Shown here piece after piece: positions 7,339-16,887 of a stretch of DNA of 64,000 nt. The notes below the pieces were generated by a model that saw only the letters and a list, made by a program, of their open reading frames with translations, was not told the DNA's origin and searched no databases. Position 1 is the first letter of the stretch. Each line of letters starts with the position of its first letter. The position numbers and the translations under genes are program-made. The stretch comes from Gemmatimonadetes bacterium bin94 (GTDB lineage Bacteria; Gemmatimonadota; Gemmatimonadetes; Longimicrobiales; Gaopeijiaceae), in contig MPNE01000012.1 in NCBI GenBank assembly GCA_002238865.1, forward strand, positions 22,937 through 86,936, given 5' to 3'.

Positions 7339-9156
7339 ATGTCAGGAACCGATCATCATTCCCCGATACAGCACCGACTGTCCGCGCTGGTCTCCGGACG
7401 ACCCGCCCTGGCGCTCGGCGTTATCGCGTCGGTCCTTCTGGCCGCGCCGACCACACCGGCATTCGCCCAAACGGCCGATGTCAAGCGCATGTTCGATGTC
7501 CGCACGCCCATGCGGGATGGCGTCGAGCTCTCCGCCGATGTCTGGATGCCGGCCGAGGGCGGCCCGTTCCCGACGATCATCATCCGCACCCCGTACCTGA
7601 AGACGATGGCCATGGGGGACTTCAGCCTGGCCGGTTGGGCGACCTGGTTCGCCGAACGCGGCTATGCCGTCGTCATGCAGGACGTGCGCGGCCGCGGCGA
7701 TTCGGACGGGGACTTCGACTTCTTCTTCCAGGAGGGCGAGGACGGCTACGACACGATCGAGTGGATGGCGGCCCAGCCCTGGTCGAACGGCGACGTGTGC
7801 ACGGCGGGCGTGTCCTACCTGGGCACCGATCAGTGGCTTGCCGCGCGCGAGCATCCGCCCTCGCTGAAATGCATGGTGGCGACTGCCGCGGCCGGTCGCT
7901 GGATGCACGAGCTGCCCTACTACGGGGGCGCGTGGATGATGTCATGGGCTCTCGACTGGATCAACGGCACCTCGGGGCGGAACATGCAGACCAACACCGC
8001 CGGGATCGACATGGATTCGGTGTACTGGCACCGCCCGCTCCTGACCCAGGACGACCGGATGGGCCGGGACATGCCGCTCTTCAACGACTTCCTCGAGAAC
8101 TCGACGATGAACGAATACTGGCAGCGGCTGCACTTCACCGCGGAGGACTTCCGGGGCCTCGACCTGCCCGTGCTCCACGTCACGGGGTGGTTCGACGGCG
8201 ACCAGCCGGGCGCCATGTTCTACTGGGACGGTATGATGGCCCATTCGCCGGCCGCCGACGAGCAGTACATGCTGACGGGCCCCTGGGGGCACGCGGAGAC
8301 CTTCATCGGCGGGACGCTGGAGGTCGGCGAAATGAGCTTCAAGCCAGAGTCGATCGTCGACAACAAGGCCGAGCATCTCGCCTTCTTCGACCACTACCTG
8401 AAGGGCAGCGGGGACAGCTACGATCAGCCTCGTGCGCGGGTCTACGTGATGGGCGCCGAGGAGTGGCGGGAGTTCGACCAATACCCGCCGGCCGACGCAC
8501 AGCCCACCGACCTCTACCTGTCCAGCGGCGGCAGGGCTAACTCCATTGTCGGGGATGGTACCCTTGCCTGGTCGGCTCCGGAAGGCGACTCACCCCCGGA
8601 CCGGTTCACATTCGACCCCAGGAGGCCGGTGCCGGCCGCTCTGGGTGTCCTGCCCGCGGGCGAAGACCGCACCCCGCTGCAACGCCGCGACGATGTCCTG
8701 GTCTACACGAGCGAAGTCATCGAAGAGGCGGTGGAGATCGTCGGCAAGGTCGTGATCGAGTTCCACGCGGCCACCGACGCGCGCGACACCGACTTCGTCG
8801 CCAACATCATGGACGTCTATCCGGACGGCAGGGCGGTCAAGCTCGGGCCCATCACCGGGGTCGTGCGGGCCCGGTACAGGAACGGTTTCGACCGCGAGGA
8901 ACTGCTCACGCCCGGCGAGGTCGGGCGCTACGAGATCGACCTGGGGCACATCGCGCACTCCTTCGAGCCGGGACACAGGATCCGCATCGACTTCACGAGC
9001 AGCGCGTACCCGCACGTCGCCCCGAATCAGAACACGGGGAACCCGGTCGCGACCGACACGGAGTGGAACACCGCGCGGCAGATCATCCACCACAGCCGGG
9101 AGTATCCGTCGCGGATCATCCTGCCGGTGCGGGCGCGGCGGAGGGCGACGGAGTAG
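7339..9156 (+). CDS. CocE/NonD family hydrolase (peptidase S15-like), secreted
   Basis: AAGGAGG lies 6 nt before ATG 7339. It has a signal-like segment (LALGVIASVLLAAPTTPAFAQ) and the motifs RTPMRDGVELSADVWMP, IIRTPY and GVSYLG. It is a paralogue of 90..1970. Confidence 0.8.
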   Translation: MSGTDHHSPIQHRLSALVSGRPALALGVIASVLLAAPTTPAFAQTADVKRMFDVRTPMRDGVELSADVWMPAEGGPFPTIIIRTPYLKTMAMGDFSLAGWATWFAERGYAVVMQDVRGRGDSDGDFDFFFQEGEDGYDTIEWMAAQPWSNGDVCTAGVSYLGTDQWLAAREHPPSLKCMVATAAAGRWMHELPYYGGAWMMSWALDWINGTSGRNMQTNTAGIDMDSVYWHRPLLTQDDRMGRDMPLFNDFLENSTMNEYWQRLHFTAEDFRGLDLPVLHVTGWFDGDQPGAMFYWDGMMAHSPAADEQYMLTGPWGHAETFIGGTLEVGEMSFKPESIVDNKAEHLAFFDHYLKGSGDSYDQPRARVYVMGAEEWREFDQYPPADAQPTDLYLSSGGRANSIVGDGTLAWSAPEGDSPPDRFTFDPRRPVPAALGVLPAGEDRTPLQRRDDVLVYTSEVIEEAVEIVGKVVIEFHAATDARDTDFVANIMDVYPDGRAVKLGPITGVVRARYRNGFDREELLTPGEVGRYEIDLGHIAHSFEPGHRIRIDFTSSAYPHVAPNQNTGNPVATDTEWNTARQIIHHSREYPSRIILPVRARRRATE

Positions 9157-9237
9157 GGGGGTGGGAGCTGGGCGCACTCGGGGGGTTGGCTACCACTCCC
9201 GTTGTGTTATGTACATATTTTTATGTACAGAATTTGC

Positions 9238-9715
9238 ATGGAGCTGACGCGGCGGACCACCGGCGAGGGCGGGAGGAGTACAGCGACTGAGAACCGCGGC
9301 CGAGCAGAAGACTTATCCTTCTGGGACGCCGTGGAACCCTTCATTCGGGCCTGCCCCGGCCCGACATTGACTGTCAAAGCGCTGCGTCTGGTGGCGTACC
9401 AGGCGATCAGGGGGATCCCCGGGCTGGAACCGGAAGACTTATACCGCCAACCATCTGGCCAAGGAGTCCAGGCGCTACGGATACTCGATCTCGGTGGCGA
9501 TCCGATGGGTCACCTTCCCGCAGGGATACGCCCTCCTCGGACAAGGAGCGGGTCAAGAGCCGATAGCACGCCGGTTGGGATTCTCGGACGCTTTGTCCTG
9601 GAGCAGGTTCGTCAAGAACCTTACCGGAAAGACGCCCACTCAGCTGCCGCGCCTGCCGTTAGGGGACTGGGCTATCGAGGCCCGGCGGCGTGTGTTTCTC
9701 GGCCCGGATCGGTGA
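9238..9715 (+). pseudogene. AraC-type HTH gene copy disrupted by an 86-nt deletion (frameshift; first HTH unit lost)
   Basis: The N-terminal part (MELTRRTTGEGG...IRGIPGLEPED) is in the frame of ORF 9202..9834. The C-terminal HTH part (YTANHLAKESRRYGYSISVAIRWVTF...GFSDALSWSRFVKNLTGKTPTQL) is in the frame of ORF 9494..9715. At most a 73-aa single-HTH product from GTG 9494 could remain. Confidence 0.55.
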
Positions 9716-9796
9716 CCGGTGGGCGACCACGCCGGTTCCTGCGCCGGGAAGCCGGGAATTGTCAAGGATTGGCCGGGTTGGAACATGGCAGACCGG
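9246..9796. repeat. Dispersed repeat, copy 2 (551 nt)
   Basis: Collinear with 2192..2828. The 86-nt length difference equals a single internal deletion (copy 1 has 87 nt between ccggaagac and tataccgcc; copy 2 has 1 nt). Confidence 0.85.
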
Positions 9797-10047
9797 GATG
9801 CGAGTGCTCTACCTTGTTTCCGAAGCCGGAGTAAGGTGATCCGGTTCGCTCCTGGGCAAGCCGGACACGGTGGGCTTGGTGAAAAACCTAGGTTCACTAC
9901 TTCTTGAGGAGGAGACAGTGGCCGCTTTGACACAACCGGTAGTGGCGGGACACGTAGATGCGCGCGGCCCGGTGCCGCGGCCATAACATCCCCATAGCGT
10001 TGGAACGCTCGCTCCTGCCCTTGGGGCGGGAACTCTGCCTTCCCGCG

Positions 10048-11430
10048 ATGATGCCCTCCCCCCGGCTCCTGTTTCTCGCCGTCCCACTCGTGGGCGCGTG
10101 CGACCGTCCGCCGCCGCCGTCCGATTCGACCGGCCCGGATAGCACCCTCGAAGCACCTTTCACCGTACAGGATTCCGCAGGCGTCGAGATCGTCGTGAAT
10201 CACGTGCCCCAACGGCCGCTCGGACAGTTCTGGACCTTCGACCCCGAACCTGCGTTCGTCCTGGGCGAGGACAAGTCGAATCTCGCCGGGGAGGATGCCC
10301 CGGGCATCGATGCTCAGGATCCCTCATCCGGGGCTATCTGGCGCGTACGCGGCCTGGCCCGTCTGGAGGACGGGAGAATCGCTGTTCTTTCCTCGGGGAA
10401 CGGCCAGCTCTACATCTTCGAGGCATCGGGGAAACTGTCCAGGACCATCGGTCGCAGGGGGCGAGGCCCCGGCGAGTTCTCTCGCCCGCAACACCTGAGG
10501 TACCTGCCTCCGGACACGCTGGTGGTGTGGGACGAGTGGATGGGGCCCGTGACCTATTTCGATACCGCAGGCACGGTTCTGTCGCGAAGGACCATCGACC
10601 TCGGCAGGGCTCTCGAAGAGCTTCCCGACGAAGCCGGTGTCGAATCCCGGACGGTTCCCCTGCCGGACGGGTCCTTCGTCGTGGAGGTCGAGTTCCGGGA
10701 TCCCGACTTCGAACGTCCCCCGGAAGACGCTCTGGTTCGGTATCCACCAGTGGAATACGTGCGATTGGACGAAGCCTATGCCGCCATCTCTTTTGGGTCG
10801 TGGGAAGGGCGGGAACGTTGGGTTGTACCGAAACGGTTGCGTGGCATCTCCCCCTTGGCGGCGTCTCTCCTGGCGGCTAGGGACCATCTATTCTCCACCT
10901 CGATTCTCGACTCTCGCATCGCGGCTGGAGGCCGTCCCGCGTCGATCTACATCAGCGACGGAGGCACGAACGAGATTCGTCAGTTTTCGCTCGATGGGAC
11001 CCTCGTTCGCATCATCCGCCGCACGACACGTCCGGTGCGCGTGACCGAGCGAGCACATCAGGCTTGGCGGCAAAACTCCATTCGGGTCCTCGTTACAGTC
11101 AACCAGGGTGGCGATTGGATGCCGCCACTCATCGAGGCACAGCCCAGACGGGAATACTATCCGCCGGTCGCCGGATTATTCGTGGACGCCGAGGGCTATC
11201 TGTGGGTCAAGGAGTGGTCGGACGCAGAGACCGGACTGCCGGATCAGTGGAGCATCTTCAGCCCGCAAGGTCGGTGGCTGGGCGTTCTCGACGGACCGCC
11301 GAACCCGACCGGATTGCCTGACTTTGCCCTCTGCAACCTGCCTTGCTGGGCCGGTAGGGGTTTCTTTGTGGCCTTGAGACGCGACGAATGGGGCGTTGAG
11401 CGGGTGGAGGGGTTTCGGATCCGATACTGA
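10048..11430 (+). CDS. 6-bladed beta-propeller (NHL-like) lipoprotein
   Basis: ATG 10048 gives MMPSPRLLFLAVPLVGACD (lipobox LVGAC). Motif: LYIFEASGKLSRTIGRRGRGPGEFSRP. It is a paralogue of the two genes at 3.6-5.9 kb. Confidence 0.6.
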   Translation: MMPSPRLLFLAVPLVGACDRPPPPSDSTGPDSTLEAPFTVQDSAGVEIVVNHVPQRPLGQFWTFDPEPAFVLGEDKSNLAGEDAPGIDAQDPSSGAIWRVRGLARLEDGRIAVLSSGNGQLYIFEASGKLSRTIGRRGRGPGEFSRPQHLRYLPPDTLVVWDEWMGPVTYFDTAGTVLSRRTIDLGRALEELPDEAGVESRTVPLPDGSFVVEVEFRDPDFERPPEDALVRYPPVEYVRLDEAYAAISFGSWEGRERWVVPKRLRGISPLAASLLAARDHLFSTSILDSRIAAGGRPASIYISDGGTNEIRQFSLDGTLVRIIRRTTRPVRVTERAHQAWRQNSIRVLVTVNQGGDWMPPLIEAQPRREYYPPVAGLFVDAEGYLWVKEWSDAETGLPDQWSIFSPQGRWLGVLDGPPNPTGLPDFALCNLPCWAGRGFFVALRRDEWGVERVEGFRIRY

Positions 11431-11444
11431 ACTAAGACGCCCCC

Positions 11445-14400
11445 TCACCTCTCTCGCTGAAAGTACAACGCACCCGCCTCCCCCGGCTCCGGATACACCC
11501 GCGCCCCGTCCTCCCCGCTGTACACCACCCCGTTCTTCAGCACATACACGACCTGCTGCGTGTTGCGAATATCGTCAAGCGGGTTGGCACCGAGCACCAC
11601 CAGGTCCGCCAGCTTCCCGGCCTCGATCGACCCCAGGTCCGCACCCAGGCCGTGATAGACGGCCGAGTTCCGCGTCGCTGTCTGCAGCGCGTCCATCGGC
11701 GAAAAGCCTCCCTGCACGAAGAGCTCCATCTCCCAGTGCATGTCCCGCCCCAGCATCTGGCCGTGGCCGCCGGCGTTCACCAGAACGCCCGCGTCGAAGA
11801 GGCGCTTCATCGCGGCGGCCATCTCGGGCGCGTAGAGATCGTCGTCCCAGAAGTGGGTGACCCTGCGGAACTGGCGCAGACGGTCCGCCGTGCTGAAGCG
11901 CAGGAGTTTCTCGTCCTCCCAGTAGCGCTGTGACTGGTCGAAGAAAGCCTGTCCGACGGGGCCGTTGTAGACGACCAGCAGCGTGGGCGTCACCCCGGTC
12001 CCGCTGGCCTTGAAGAGCTCCACCACATCCTGGTACAGCGGTGTCAGCCCCATCGAATGCTCCAGCCCCGTCACGCCATCGATGATCTGGGTGAAGTTCA
12101 TCTGCGGGATCGCGGCCGTCTCGGACACGACGTTCAGTCCCTGCTCCCGGGCTGCCGTGATCAGCTGGTGCCTGTCGGCGCGGGTGAAGTTGACATAGTC
12201 CTTCAGCGCGGTGATGCCCTGGTCGCGGCTGTAGCGGGCGTGCTCGTCGGCATCCCCGTAGGAATCGACCGGGCGATAGGTCCGCGGGCGGTATTCGCGA
12301 ATACCATACATGGGCGCACCCACCGACAGCATGCGCGGGCCGTCCATGCGACCTGCCCGGATCATGTCGCGGACCCAGGGCTCCTTCTCCTCGGAGCCGT
12401 ACAGCTCGTACAGCGTGGTGACGCCGTGCGCCAACGCAGCGGTGGTGCCGGGGAGCCGCTGCTCGATCAGGTGCGTCGCCGAGAGCTGCCCCACCGCGTG
12501 GGCGTGCGCGTCCACGAGGCCGGGCATGACGGTGTGGCCCCCGAGGTCGAACACCCGAGCTTCCGCAGGCACGACGACATTGGGTCCCACCTCCGCAATG
12601 CGGTTTCCCCGCACGAGGATGGTCGCGCTTTCGAACACACTTCGCTCATCGTCCATCGTGATCACGCGGGCATTGGTCAGTGCGACCGTCGTGCCCGGCA
12701 ACGCCACCTCGAACCGGACCGTGATGTCGGTGGTCGCGGCGCCGTCGGTCCCGGCAAGGATGTCCTGCAGCGCCTTCTCATGGAGCTTGCCGTCGCGCGA
12801 CCACGACACCGTGCTTGCGTCGGACCAGGCCAGCCCGGCACCGTCGGACGGGTCGACGCGCCGTGCGAACCCGACGCCGTCGTATGCGGACACCGTCACC
12901 GGCTTGCCGATCCACTCAAACGGCGTGACGAAGCTGCGGTGATACTCGCGGAACGCGATCCAGCGGCCGTCGGGGGAGAGGACCGCGCGTTCACCGTGCG
13001 GGAAGCGGTAGAGGGTCGCCTTCTCGGTGCCCTCAGGCCGGATACGGCGCAGTGTCAGCGTGTCCGAGAGGAACTCCGTGTAGTAGATCCACCTGCCGTT
13101 TTCGTCGAAGTGGACCGAATGCGGCGCGCGGCCCTGAGCGTTCGGTGTCCCGGAGACGCGGGTCACCCTGCGTTCCTCGCCGTCTTGGACCACCACGAGT
13201 TCGAAGTTGGTTTCCTCCTCGATTCGCAGGGCGTTGATGAGGCCGCCGTCGCCGCGGATGAAGGCGAGGACGCCGTCAGGGCCCAGCGACAGCGACATGT
13301 ACTGCGACGGAAGCGACGACACGCGGGTCGCCGCACCGCCTGTCAGCGGACGACGGTAGACGGCGCCGAGCTCGGCATCGGTCCAGCTCGCGTAGTAGAG
13401 CCGGCGGCCATCGGCGTCGATCATGGGGCTGGTCTCGTGTGAAGGCGATTGCGTGAGGTTGCGCACGCCGTCGCCGTCCGCCAGCCAGATGTCCCCCAGC
13501 GCCTCGAAGACGATACCCGAGGAGGTGCGGTGGGCGAATCGATAGGCCCAGGTCCGGGTTTCACCCTCCGGGAACTCGAAGGGGAAGCGGATCGTCTCGT
13601 CCAGATCACGGTCCACCGGGGCGCGGAAGGGCACCTCCCGGATCGTGCCCGACGAGATCTCGACGGCGCGAATCGAGCCGCCGAAGGCCAGGTAGAGGTG
13701 CGTGCCGTCCGGATGCCAGTCCATGTTGGGCGAGGCGCCGTAGTAGTACGGCCCCGATTCCTGGTGATCCCGGTCGAGCCCCCGTGCCAGCACGCGCTCC
13801 GACCGCGTCCGCAGGTCGTGCAGGATGACGATCACCTCCTGGTCGTCGCGGTGAACGTACGCGAGGTGGCGGCCGTCGGGGGAAAGCGCGGGGTTGAAGG
13901 CTCCGCCGGGCCGCTCCCTGTAGACCCTGATCTCGCCGGTCCGGAGGTCGTACGTCTTGATCCGGGCGCCGTTCGTGGGGAGCTGCCGGTCCAGCATCTC
14001 GTAGTAGAGGACGTCGCGCACCGGGTGTTCCTCGAAGTGCGTGATCGGCTGAAACGTCGTGCCCGAGGTGATCTCCTGCCGCGTGCCGAAGAGGTTGAAG
14101 CGGTATGCCGTCGTGGCCGCGTTCTCCTCCAGCGCCGAGGCGTAGATCGCCCGCCCGTCGGCCGACCAGGACCCCTGCACAACGGGCAGCGCCATCTTCG
14201 TGATGTTCTCGGTCGAGTCGGTGCCCGGCCCGTCCCCCGTGCCGCGATGGAGGATCCACACGTCCTCGCTGCCGCCCCGGTCCGAGGTGAACGCGATCCG
14301 CGTCCCGTCGGGGCTGTAGCGGGGGAAGCTGTTCCAGGAGCGTCCGCTGGTGAGGGCCTGCGCATCACCGCCCTCGATCGGTATCTCGTAGATGTGCCCG

Positions 14401-14600
14401 AGCACGTCGAATGCGAGGTGACGCCCGTCCGGCGAGACATCCACGCTGATCCATGTGCCTTCCGTAGCGGTGAATCGGAGGGGGGTGGTGGAAGGAGCCC
14501 GCGATTCCTCGATGCTCCACTCGTCGGCGTCCTGGGCGACGGCCTGGGTGGGTAGGGCGGCGATCAGGACGAGGGGAAATAGCGCTGCTATTCCTGGCAT
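11445..14600 (-). CDS. PD40/TolB-like beta-propeller fused to an amidohydrolase domain, secreted
   Basis: Start ATG 14600 with a GGAG Shine-Dalgarno motif and a signal peptide (MPGIAALFPLVLIAALPTQAVAQ). PD40 repeats: VSPDGRHLAF and YSPDGTRIAFTSDRGG. The C-terminal metal-dependent hydrolase motif is VMPGLVDAHAHA. The N-terminal part of ORF 11445..14741 is treated as an over-extension. Confidence 0.8.
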   Translation of the reverse strand: MPGIAALFPLVLIAALPTQAVAQDADEWSIEESRAPSTTPLRFTATEGTWISVDVSPDGRHLAFDVLGHIYEIPIEGGDAQALTSGRSWNSFPRYSPDGTRIAFTSDRGGSEDVWILHRGTGDGPGTDSTENITKMALPVVQGSWSADGRAIYASALEENAATTAYRFNLFGTRQEITSGTTFQPITHFEEHPVRDVLYYEMLDRQLPTNGARIKTYDLRTGEIRVYRERPGGAFNPALSPDGRHLAYVHRDDQEVIVILHDLRTRSERVLARGLDRDHQESGPYYYGASPNMDWHPDGTHLYLAFGGSIRAVEISSGTIREVPFRAPVDRDLDETIRFPFEFPEGETRTWAYRFAHRTSSGIVFEALGDIWLADGDGVRNLTQSPSHETSPMIDADGRRLYYASWTDAELGAVYRRPLTGGAATRVSSLPSQYMSLSLGPDGVLAFIRGDGGLINALRIEEETNFELVVVQDGEERRVTRVSGTPNAQGRAPHSVHFDENGRWIYYTEFLSDTLTLRRIRPEGTEKATLYRFPHGERAVLSPDGRWIAFREYHRSFVTPFEWIGKPVTVSAYDGVGFARRVDPSDGAGLAWSDASTVSWSRDGKLHEKALQDILAGTDGAATTDITVRFEVALPGTTVALTNARVITMDDERSVFESATILVRGNRIAEVGPNVVVPAEARVFDLGGHTVMPGLVDAHAHAVGQLSATHLIEQRLPGTTAALAHGVTTLYELYGSEEKEPWVRDMIRAGRMDGPRMLSVGAPMYGIREYRPRTYRPVDSYGDADEHARYSRDQGITALKDYVNFTRADRHQLITAAREQGLNVVSETAAIPQMNFTQIIDGVTGLEHSMGLTPLYQDVVELFKASGTGVTPTLLVVYNGPVGQAFFDQSQRYWEDEKLLRFSTADRLRQFRRVTHFWDDDLYAPEMAAAMKRLFDAGVLVNAGGHGQMLGRDMHWEMELFVQGGFSPMDALQTATRNSAVYHGLGADLGSIEAGKLADLVVLGANPLDDIRNTQQVVYVLKNGVVYSGEDGARVYPEPGEAGALYFQRER

Positions 14601-14739
14601 GACGGTCTCCAATGCTACCGGGCACATTTCAGCGACTGCGCGCGTCCGTGGTGACATTGGCAGCGCCGAACTCATGCCGCAACGCGCGTGCCGCCCGATC
14701 TGGCGCCCGGTGCGGTGCAGCCGCAGCTTCATCCCTGCC

Positions 14740-15939
14740 ATGCTGACTCCGTTCTACCCCCTGCTGTCGCACCCCCTGGGCGGTATCGCGGTCGCGCTGG
14801 TGGTTGGCGTGATCGGTGTCGTCCTCCTGATCGTCTCGCGGCGTTCCCGGCCGCGACAGCCCACCGGGTTGGCCCGCTTTGGCATGGTGGGGGGTGTGTT
14901 GGTCAGCGGATTCTCGGTTTTCCTTCTCGTGGGTGCGACGGTGTCGCTGATCGAGATCGATCGTTTGGCGAACGAACACCCTCCACCGGGAAAACTGATC
15001 GACGTGGGCGGCTACCGCATGCACATGCTCGCTCAGGGAGACGCCGGTGACGGACCGACCGTGATCTGGATCCCCGGAGCGCATTCGCAAGGGATGGCGT
15101 TGCACCACCTGCACGCCGTGTTCGGCGACGAAACACGCTCGATCCTCTTCGATCGGCCCGGCACCGGGTGGAGTGATCCAGGCCCCTTTCCGCGGCGAAC
15201 GGCGATCGAAGCGGTGGAGCTCGGGATCTTGCTGGAATCAGCCGGAGAAGAGGGCCCATTCGTTTTGGCCGGACACTCATACGGTGGGCTGCTGGCCGCG
15301 AACTACGCCCGCCGCTATCCGGACCGCACGGCGGCTGTTGTCCTCCTCGACGCTTCGCCCCCAGACGCGTTCATCTACGCGCCGGCGTACGGGGCCGCGG
15401 CCCTCGACGGACTGGTGCGAGATGCCGAGCGGCAGGGGCTCGACAAGCTCTTCGGTGGGTGGACCAACCCGGAGACCGCGATGGCGGAAACCGACACCGA
15501 CATCGGTGAAATCCTGCGCAGGCAACGCCGTCTGCTGGCCGAAGTCGGCGAGGCGATGACAGCCAATGCGCGGCGCCCGGCGGCCTCGTTCGCCACGGCC
15601 TCGATCTTCCAGGAGTTCAGCTCCGGCATCGTGTCGGCCGCAGCGCCCGACCTGGTGGTCTACGACGGTGAGCTCGGCGAAATGCCCGTCCTTGTCGTGA
15701 TCCCGAACGAAACCGCGGATGCGATCATCGATCCGCTCGGGATGGAAGAGGATGCCGGGCGGCGGGCGAAGAATTTCTTCGAGCGGATGCGCGTGCGGTA
15801 CCTGGATGTCTCGAGCGATGCACGGCTCGTTCACACTCCTCCGGGCACGGGCCACAACTACCCGTACGAGACGCCGGAGTTTGTCGTGGAAGTCGTTCGC
15901 GAGCTGCTGGACGAGCTTCGCAATCGAGACGTACGTTGA
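14740..15939 (+). CDS. Membrane-anchored alpha/beta hydrolase
   Basis: ATG 14740. It has two predicted TM helices (IAVALVVGVIGVVLLIV and MVGGVLVSGFSVFLLVGA) and an alpha/beta-fold core with the nucleophile elbow GHSYGG. Confidence 0.7.
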   Translation: MLTPFYPLLSHPLGGIAVALVVGVIGVVLLIVSRRSRPRQPTGLARFGMVGGVLVSGFSVFLLVGATVSLIEIDRLANEHPPPGKLIDVGGYRMHMLAQGDAGDGPTVIWIPGAHSQGMALHHLHAVFGDETRSILFDRPGTGWSDPGPFPRRTAIEAVELGILLESAGEEGPFVLAGHSYGGLLAANYARRYPDRTAAVVLLDASPPDAFIYAPAYGAAALDGLVRDAERQGLDKLFGGWTNPETAMAETDTDIGEILRRQRRLLAEVGEAMTANARRPAASFATASIFQEFSSGIVSAAAPDLVVYDGELGEMPVLVVIPNETADAIIDPLGMEEDAGRRAKNFFERMRVRYLDVSSDARLVHTPPGTGHNYPYETPEFVVEVVRELLDELRNRDVR

Positions 15940-15983
15940 GTCCGCAGGATTCGCGAGCGAACGCGGCCCCGCGGGAGGCAGAC

Positions 15984-16886
15984 ATGAAGCCAACGACGGC
16001 GGGTCGGCCCCGGGCCGGCCGTATCGATCGGCGCCGTTTCGTCCGGACTTCGGCTTCCTTCGCGGCTGGCGCCCTTCTGTCTTCGTGTCGTTCGAGCGGG
16101 GAACACCCCATCTACTACGAGCTCCACGGACCCGCAGACGGCATCCCCCTCTTCCTGGGCTTCCCGATCATGGCCTCCTACGCCGAGATCTTCGGGCCCG
16201 AGATGGCGAGCGTGAAGTCAGGTTACCTGGACATGCTGACGGATCGGTACCGGGTGTTGCTCGTGGACTATCCGAACATCGGACGGACTCACACGCCGCC
16301 CCCCTCCGAGATGACTCCCGACCGGGTGCGCGCCGACATGCTGGCCGTGGCGGACGCGGCCGGTTTCGAGCGGTTCGCATATTGCGGCCACCTTTGGGGC
16401 GCGATCAACGGCCTCGTGCTGGCGTCGGCCACGCATCGTGTCACGGCTCTGGTGTGTGGCACCTGGCCGCCGCTCGGCGCGCCGTACCCGGATATGCTGC
16501 GCGGCGTCGAGGTGCAGCTTGCCGAGCCGCCCCCCCACGCGATGGTGATCCTGCGCGACCCCGCCCAGTACGCGCAGTGGCACACATTTTACAGCGGTAT
16601 GCAGGAGTGGCCCGAAACCGAAGTTGCGGCGGCGGTCACATGTCCCCGGCTGGCACTGATCGGTTCGGAAGCCGAGAGCTCGGTGGCGGACATCCCGCTA
16701 CGACTCGTGGAGCGGATGCGCGAGGCCCGGCCGACGCTGGAAGAAATGGGGTGGGACGTGCGGGAGATTCCCGGGGCGGGTGCGGCTGCCATGCTGGAGC
16801 CGGGGGTCATGATACCGGAGGTGCGTGGGTGGCTCGATGGGCTTGGTCTGACCCCTGAGGCCGAACGTACAGCGACGAGGAGGTGA
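15984..16886 (+). CDS. Alpha/beta-fold protein with a Tat-like signal, probably non-catalytic
   Basis: ATG 15984 gives MKPTTAGRPRAGRIDRRRFVRTSASFAAGALL. The alpha/beta-fold layout is present, but the elbow reads GHLWG (16386..16400) and the C-terminal IPGAGAAAMLEP lacks the usual His. Confidence 0.6.
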   Translation: MKPTTAGRPRAGRIDRRRFVRTSASFAAGALLSSCRSSGEHPIYYELHGPADGIPLFLGFPIMASYAEIFGPEMASVKSGYLDMLTDRYRVLLVDYPNIGRTHTPPPSEMTPDRVRADMLAVADAAGFERFAYCGHLWGAINGLVLASATHRVTALVCGTWPPLGAPYPDMLRGVEVQLAEPPPHAMVILRDPAQYAQWHTFYSGMQEWPETEVAAAVTCPRLALIGSEAESSVADIPLRLVERMREARPTLEEMGWDVREIPGAGAAAMLEPGVMIPEVRGWLDGLGLTPEAERTATRR

Positions 16887-16887
16887 C

